Shown in pieces: positions 59,168-64,000 of a stretch of DNA of 64,000 nt. How positions within the stretch are numbered: position 1 is the stretch's first letter; the number at the start of each line of letters is the position of its first letter. The notes beneath the pieces are model-generated. The model searched no databases and had not been told where the DNA came from. It was given only the letters and a program-made list of their open reading frames with translations. The DNA comes from a virus: IMG/VR virus record IMGVR_UViG_3300010391_000273, positions 34,576 to 98,575 of that record. One strand, 5' to 3'. A program made the position numbers and the translations under genes.

Positions 59168-61981
59168 ATGATACCAAAACCTGCTGCGATTTGCTCGGGA
59201 TGCCCTCTTTATCATAAGCCTCATGGTAAACATGATGGGTTTAGTTACCCTACTGGCACAGGTTTAAATGGAGTGATGATCGTTGGAGAGGCCCTTGGTA
59301 AGGATGAGGAACAGGCTGGGGTCCCATTTGTAGGGAAGAGTGGATATACCCTTTTTCAACAGCTTAAAAGAATCGATATTGAGCGTGATGACTTTACAAT
59401 CCACAATGTCATATCATGTAGGCCACCAGATAACCAACTAGTTAAGACCCCGTATGAAGTAGAAGCTATTGCTCATTGTACCCCTAACCTTAATCAAGCT
59501 ATAGAAGCAGCTAAGATTGTCGCTCAAGCTCATGGTAAGACATTCGTGATCATTACACTTGGGGTAACAGCCTTCAAGAGGGTCCTGGGATTCGATTACA
59601 AGAGGGATGCTGAGCTTCTTAAAAAGGCCTATTGGGGTTATCCTTTTAGGTCAGATACATATAATTGTTGGGTCTATGCTGTTCCACACCCGGCCTTTTT
59701 GCTTAGGGGAAACACTAAATTATGGCCTGTCGTATGGAGTGTTTTTAAACGTGCTTTGGAGGTAGCACATGATGGATTACGTCTTGATGAACCTGATTAT
59801 CTACTTGATCCTACTACCACTCTTTTTGATAGCTGGATTAATGGGTATGTGGGGTCTTTACGGGATATACCAGACAATCCTTTATCCTACGATATTGAGA
59901 CTCCATACAAAAAGAAGATAAAGGATGAAGACGAAGTTGCTAAAGAAGAGGCAGCACTCGATGACGATCATACCATCCTTAGATGCTCCTTTTCCTACAT
60001 GGGAATGGATAATCAAACCCATACCACCTCCGTTGTCTGGGATGCACGGTATATGGCGGGGATCGAGCGACTCTTTGGGCTCGCGCCATATACTGTGGGC
60101 TGGAATAATTCAAAATATGATGAACCAAGAGTATCTCGATACCTAACAGTTAAAGGTATTGGTTTGGATGCCATGATCGCCTGGCACATCCTCAATACGA
60201 GTCTTCCTAAAGCCCTAGGATTTGTGACTCCTTGGTATTGGAAAACTACTCTCCTCTGGAAACACCTAAGTGATAAGGAACCAGCCTATTACAATGCTAA
60301 GGATGCCGACGCAGCCTTGAGAAATTGGATCGGGATTAAGAAGGACCTTAAGGAAAATGGTTTATGGGAAGTCTACGAATCCCACTGGATTGAGTTGTCT
60401 AAGGCTCTTAAGTATATGAGTGGAGTAGGCGTCCTAAGAGACAACGTGATGAGGGACGCAGCTGAAGCTGAGATGTCAACCCTCCTAGATGGAATTGAAT
60501 CTCGAATGGAAGAGAGTGTACCAATAGAGGCTAGGGCTCTTAAAATCTATAAAAAGGAACCCAAAGTTCAACCTGAGGGGATGTTTAGAGCTGAAAGGGT
60601 TTATCCAGTTAAGTATTGTGGGAAGTGTGGACTGCAAAAGCCAACAAAGGTCCATGCAAAGCTTTGCCCAGACATGGCGATTGTGCTCCTCCCCGAACCG
60701 AAAGAGGTCTGGTGCCTCCCATTAGATTTTAAAATCTCCAAGAAGCGGATGAGTTCATATCAGCATGCTCTCAAGCATCAGGCCATTTTAAGTCGGAAGG
60801 ATCGTAAGATCACCTTTAACGCTGATGCCCTCGTTAAACTGGTTAAGCAGTATCCTAAGGACCCCCTCTATCCGACCATTTTGGAGCATCGTAAGGTTCA
60901 AAAACTCCTTAGCACGTATGTAGGATGGACAGATGACAAAGGTAAACTCATTGGTGGGATGCCAATAGGAGCTGATGGAAGAATACACACCGTTTACGGA
61001 CGTGATGCAAGCACCCTAAGATTTACATCCGAAGACCCCAACCTACAAAATCTACCTCGTCCAAACCCACAGGACCCTAGTGATCTTGTTAACATCATCA
61101 GGAACCTCATTATTGCCGAGCCAAGCTCAATCCTTTATGCAAGAGATTTCTCAGGCATTGAGGCGGTCCTTACAGGATACTTCGCCCTCGACCCTTCATA
61201 TATACGACTTGCTAAACAAGACGTTCACACTTACTATACAGTCCACGCCCTTTACGAGCTTGAAGGGGGATCTAGGATAAAAGCTTCGGACCTCCCAGAT
61301 GTTAATTGGCCAGATGACAGACTATTTCCTTACTTAGCTCAACTTAAGAAAGAATTTAAATATGAGCGTAATACACTCTTTAAGCACTTAGTCCATGCTG
61401 CTAACTTCTTACAAGGGGCCATGGGGGCCAAGGATAAGATCTTTAGTGAGACTGGGATTGAATACCCTGTCAAGACCATTCAGAAGGTCATGGACATCTA
61501 TTTTACCCTATTTCCTAAGATTAGACAGTGGCATAGAAACGTCCTGGAGCAGGTAGAACGAGACGGTTATATAAGGAACCCATATAATTATGTCCACAGA
61601 TTCAATAGAATATTTGACTACAAAAAAGAGTTCGGTGAATGGATTAAAAAGCCTGGAGCAGACGCAAATAAAGCTATTGCTTTCGGGCCACAGAGTACCG
61701 CTGTTGCCCTCATTACAGAGGCTATCTTAAGACTATATTTTAATCGCTTCGAAGAGGCTGGTCAGTATTTAAGGCTTCAGGTCCATGACGAACTCCTGTT
61801 CGAATGTCCCCGAACACACTGGGAAGCTTTAGACTTGATTGTAAAAGAAGAAATGGAAAGACCTAGCCCCCAACTTAAGTTGCCAGCCTCGTGGAATATG
61901 GGACCTGAGTTGAGCATCCTAACCGAGCCTAAGATCGACTTAAGTAGCCCCTCCAGGTGGGGCCAGATGAAGGGATTCTAA
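59168..61981 (+). CDS. polA: family A DNA polymerase with N-terminal family-4 UDG-like domain
   Basis: CSGCPL, VGEALG, PFVG.SG, CRPP, HPAFLLR; exonuclease YDIET, YNAKDADA; polymerase PNLQN, DFSGIE, QST, QVHDEL. Confidence 0.95.
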   Translation: MIPKPAAICSGCPLYHKPHGKHDGFSYPTGTGLNGVMIVGEALGKDEEQAGVPFVGKSGYTLFQQLKRIDIERDDFTIHNVISCRPPDNQLVKTPYEVEAIAHCTPNLNQAIEAAKIVAQAHGKTFVIITLGVTAFKRVLGFDYKRDAELLKKAYWGYPFRSDTYNCWVYAVPHPAFLLRGNTKLWPVVWSVFKRALEVAHDGLRLDEPDYLLDPTTTLFDSWINGYVGSLRDIPDNPLSYDIETPYKKKIKDEDEVAKEEAALDDDHTILRCSFSYMGMDNQTHTTSVVWDARYMAGIERLFGLAPYTVGWNNSKYDEPRVSRYLTVKGIGLDAMIAWHILNTSLPKALGFVTPWYWKTTLLWKHLSDKEPAYYNAKDADAALRNWIGIKKDLKENGLWEVYESHWIELSKALKYMSGVGVLRDNVMRDAAEAEMSTLLDGIESRMEESVPIEARALKIYKKEPKVQPEGMFRAERVYPVKYCGKCGLQKPTKVHAKLCPDMAIVLLPEPKEVWCLPLDFKISKKRMSSYQHALKHQAILSRKDRKITFNADALVKLVKQYPKDPLYPTILEHRKVQKLLSTYVGWTDDKGKLIGGMPIGADGRIHTVYGRDASTLRFTSEDPNLQNLPRPNPQDPSDLVNIIRNLIIAEPSSILYARDFSGIEAVLTGYFALDPSYIRLAKQDVHTYYTVHALYELEGGSRIKASDLPDVNWPDDRLFPYLAQLKKEFKYERNTLFKHLVHAANFLQGAMGAKDKIFSETGIEYPVKTIQKVMDIYFTLFPKIRQWHRNVLEQVERDGYIRNPYNYVHRFNRIFDYKKEFGEWIKKPGADANKAIAFGPQSTAVALITEAILRLYFNRFEEAGQYLRLQVHDELLFECPRTHWEALDLIVKEEMERPSPQLKLPASWNMGPELSILTEPKIDLSSPSRWGQMKGF

Positions 61982-62132
61982 TGGCCTACGATATTTTAAC
62001 ATACTCACTAATAGGGGGGATCATCCTAATTCTTATAAGGGAGGGTTTACTTCTTATCCATTTGACACCTAGAGAATACTTACCACCAACCGATTGGTGG
62101 GATACACACCCTCTAATTAGTAGAAAGCGAAA

Positions 62133-62513
62133 ATGAATAGAAGAGACTTCTTTAAGCGTCTATCAACAAGTTTAGTTACAGCTTATGTTGCTACCTCCCT
62201 ACCCTTTGATTGGTTACCAAATAAGGCTAGAGTTGAGGGTCTCCAAATGATTATGACGAAGGCCTTTAACGAGTTTGTTAAGGGTAAGAGATCTGCAGAT
62301 TGGGGGCACATTAAGATTGAAGCCTCACATAAGGTGTTTGAACAGTTTAGTTCGGAGATTCAACAAAATCAACGATTTACTTCTACAGACTATATGTATA
62401 GTGGTATCCCAACTCTCATGTTTAAGTCAGCCATTATGACTAACTCAGGATCTAAGGATGGGTTCTGGTTCACTATAACAGATGGAACTAGGACTAGTAA
62501 ACACTATCTATAA
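62133..62513 (+). CDS. twin-arginine-signal protein, possible capsid-fragment paralog
   Basis: MNRRDFFK; FEQFSSEIQQNQRF...SGIPTLMFKSA. Confidence 0.55.
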   Translation: MNRRDFFKRLSTSLVTAYVATSLPFDWLPNKARVEGLQMIMTKAFNEFVKGKRSADWGHIKIEASHKVFEQFSSEIQQNQRFTSTDYMYSGIPTLMFKSAIMTNSGSKDGFWFTITDGTRTSKHYL

Positions 62514-62522
62514 AGGTTTAAA

Positions 62523-63110
62523 ATGAAAGGAGAAGGCGACATGAGTATCATTCTTGGCGTTGATATTGACGGAATTTTGTCCAACTTTAACGAAGCTTAT
62601 ATGAGCCTTATGGTTAAGGTAGGTGGTAGGGACTTATTTGAACCTAAGCCATTTAATATCTTTACATGGCACTATCCAGAAGCCATAGGTTATAGTGATC
62701 CTGAAGTCAAGGAGGCTTGGAAGAGTATCACTGCTAACATAGGATTTTGGTCTGGTCTTAGACCATATGAGGGAGTGGCTGAGTTCCTTCAAAAAATTAA
62801 GGCTGAACCTAATCTTTATTTTATTACATCTCGTGTAGGAGTTACAGCCAAGAGACAAACAGAGCTATGGCTTTCTAGACAATGCCATGGGTTGCACCCT
62901 ACCATTCTTATAAGCTCTCATAAGGCCCTCTGTTGTAAGGCTTTAGGGATCACCCACTATATCGATGACAATATTGAAAATTGTGAGGATGTCAGAGACA
63001 ACGCACCAGATACCAAGTGTTATATGATGGAGAGAACATGGAACAAACCTGTCGATGAGGTTCCCATAGTTAAGTCTTTACAAGAGTTTTTGGAGATTGT
63101 TCGTGGGTAA
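62523..63110 (+). CDS. 5'(3')-deoxyribonucleotidase (HAD, NT5C-like)
   Basis: VDIDGIL, FW..L.PY, ITSR, YIDD, WN. Confidence 0.88.
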   Translation: MKGEGDMSIILGVDIDGILSNFNEAYMSLMVKVGGRDLFEPKPFNIFTWHYPEAIGYSDPEVKEAWKSITANIGFWSGLRPYEGVAEFLQKIKAEPNLYFITSRVGVTAKRQTELWLSRQCHGLHPTILISSHKALCCKALGITHYIDDNIENCEDVRDNAPDTKCYMMERTWNKPVDEVPIVKSLQEFLEIVRG

Positions 63111-63657
63111 ATTGACTAACGAAGTTTTTAATGAAGCCTGTTGTGATGGGGGCGCTGCCTCAACCAATGCTAAAAGTTGTCAGCCCTGTGGGTGTGATGA
63201 AGGGGCCGGTTGGACATGTAAAATGCATACTAAGGCTGATGCAGCCTTTGATATCGAGATGCTTAGAAAGGACCTTGTTCATCCATATCCACCTCTCTAT
63301 CAACAAGAAGTTGAGAGGCCTACAAACCCTAAAAAGATGAATAGATTAAAGGAGCACTATTTAGAAGTTGTATCACGCCTATGGAACGCAGCTGAGCGAT
63401 GTGAGACTGACAAGGACCACTTTTTAAACGCCGCCTTGGGCTTAGCTGCTGAGGCTGGTGAAGTTGCTGACATCCATAAGAAGCACTTTTACCACAAGGT
63501 CAACGATAAATATCGGGAGGAACTCCTCCTAGAGTTAGGGGATGTCTATTTCTATCTTCTTAAGGTTCAAGCCCTATGGGGCTTTACAACCAAGGAGATC
63601 CTCAAGGCTAATAAGGATAAGCTTTTCAAGAGATATGGAGTTGATGATGCCAAGTGA
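63097..63657 (+). CDS. MazG-like NTP pyrophosphohydrolase
   Basis: LGLAAEAGEVAD..KK, ELGDV.FY, N..KL.KRY. Confidence 0.88.
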   Translation: MFVGKLTNEVFNEACCDGGAASTNAKSCQPCGCDEGAGWTCKMHTKADAAFDIEMLRKDLVHPYPPLYQQEVERPTNPKKMNRLKEHYLEVVSRLWNAAERCETDKDHFLNAALGLAAEAGEVADIHKKHFYHKVNDKYREELLLELGDVYFYLLKVQALWGFTTKEILKANKDKLFKRYGVDDAK

Positions 63658-63988
63658 ATTTGTAATTAAGGACTCTGGTGTAAGAACAAAGTTCTCAGGC
63701 GGTATGGTTAGAGATACTACAGAAAATAAGATTAATTGGTGTCTTGTAGCCGATGGTCCCATGCTTAAACGATGGGCTATCCACTTAACTAATGGTGCCA
63801 AGAAGTATGCAAAACGTAATTGGATGAAGGCTGAAGATCAGGAAGAACTTGACCGGGCCAAAGAATCAGCTTATAGACATTTTATGCAGTGGTATTACAA
63901 CGAAGTTGACGAAGATCATGCTTCAGCCACTATATTCAATATTAATGAGACTGAATATATAAAGGAGAAGTTAAATGAGCCCAAGTAG
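63644..63988 (+). CDS. dATP/dGTP diphosphohydrolase-like (DUF5664) protein
   Basis: DSG.R..F.GGMVRD, GAKKY..RNW.K, SA.RH, EDHA.A..FN. Confidence 0.8.
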   Translation: MMPSEFVIKDSGVRTKFSGGMVRDTTENKINWCLVADGPMLKRWAIHLTNGAKKYAKRNWMKAEDQEELDRAKESAYRHFMQWYYNEVDEDHASATIFNINETEYIKEKLNEPK

Positions 63989-64000
63989 GCCCCCCCCCCC

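Noticed and set aside
63097-63988. Z-genome (diaminopurine) system
   Set aside because: MazG and DUF5664 alone are insufficient; no purZ or datZ is seen in the window.
1-64000. Stop-codon reassignment
   Set aside because: Conserved genes are intact in code 11, all three stops end genes, and there is no suppressor tRNA.
63989-64000. Terminal poly-C run
   Set aside because: At the window edge; could be a sequencing or assembly artefact and cannot be interpreted.

Overview
A 64 kb segment of a large tailed dsDNA phage genome in the standard genetic code. The left end (minus strand) holds the packaging genes: a partial putative portal, a terminase large subunit with a class-3 intein, and a putative small terminase. 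Next come a non-coding control region, a GC-rich island (about 4.6-9.7 kb, DUF3631-like gene, strong sigma70 promoter) and a long plus-strand early/middle region. That region encodes an RNA-repair and translation-rescue kit: Rnl1- and Rnl2-type ligases, PNK/phosphatase, a cyclic-phosphate receiver domain, PTH2, an RF-like protein with GGS in place of GGQ, a circularly permuted two-piece tmRNA, and tRNA-Ile(UAU), tRNA-Gln and tRNA-Asp. It also has a phiEco32-like peptide/amide ligase cluster (3 ATP-grasp, COOH-NH2 ligase, amidoligase, GATase-II, M19 dipeptidase). Replication and nucleotide genes include an AAA_25 helicase, a Cas4-like nuclease with intein, an Hjc resolvase, a Sak4-like ATPase, an SSB-like protein, Dam, a UDG-PolA fusion, NT5C, MazG and DUF5664, with several homing endonucleases. 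Host-like genes suggest an Acidobacteriota (Vicinamibacteria) host (inference). The most unusual signals are a TerD-domain gene bracketed by a structured leader RNA and three covarying RNA repeats, two covarying tRNA-mimic cloverleafs, the permuted tmRNA, three small proteins sharing a C-terminal DDGS[DE]ExKD tag, possible capsid-paralog fragments, AUU start codons, and a dispersed 24-bp GATC-containing palindrome. All family assignments come from motif recognition by eye; no database search was run.
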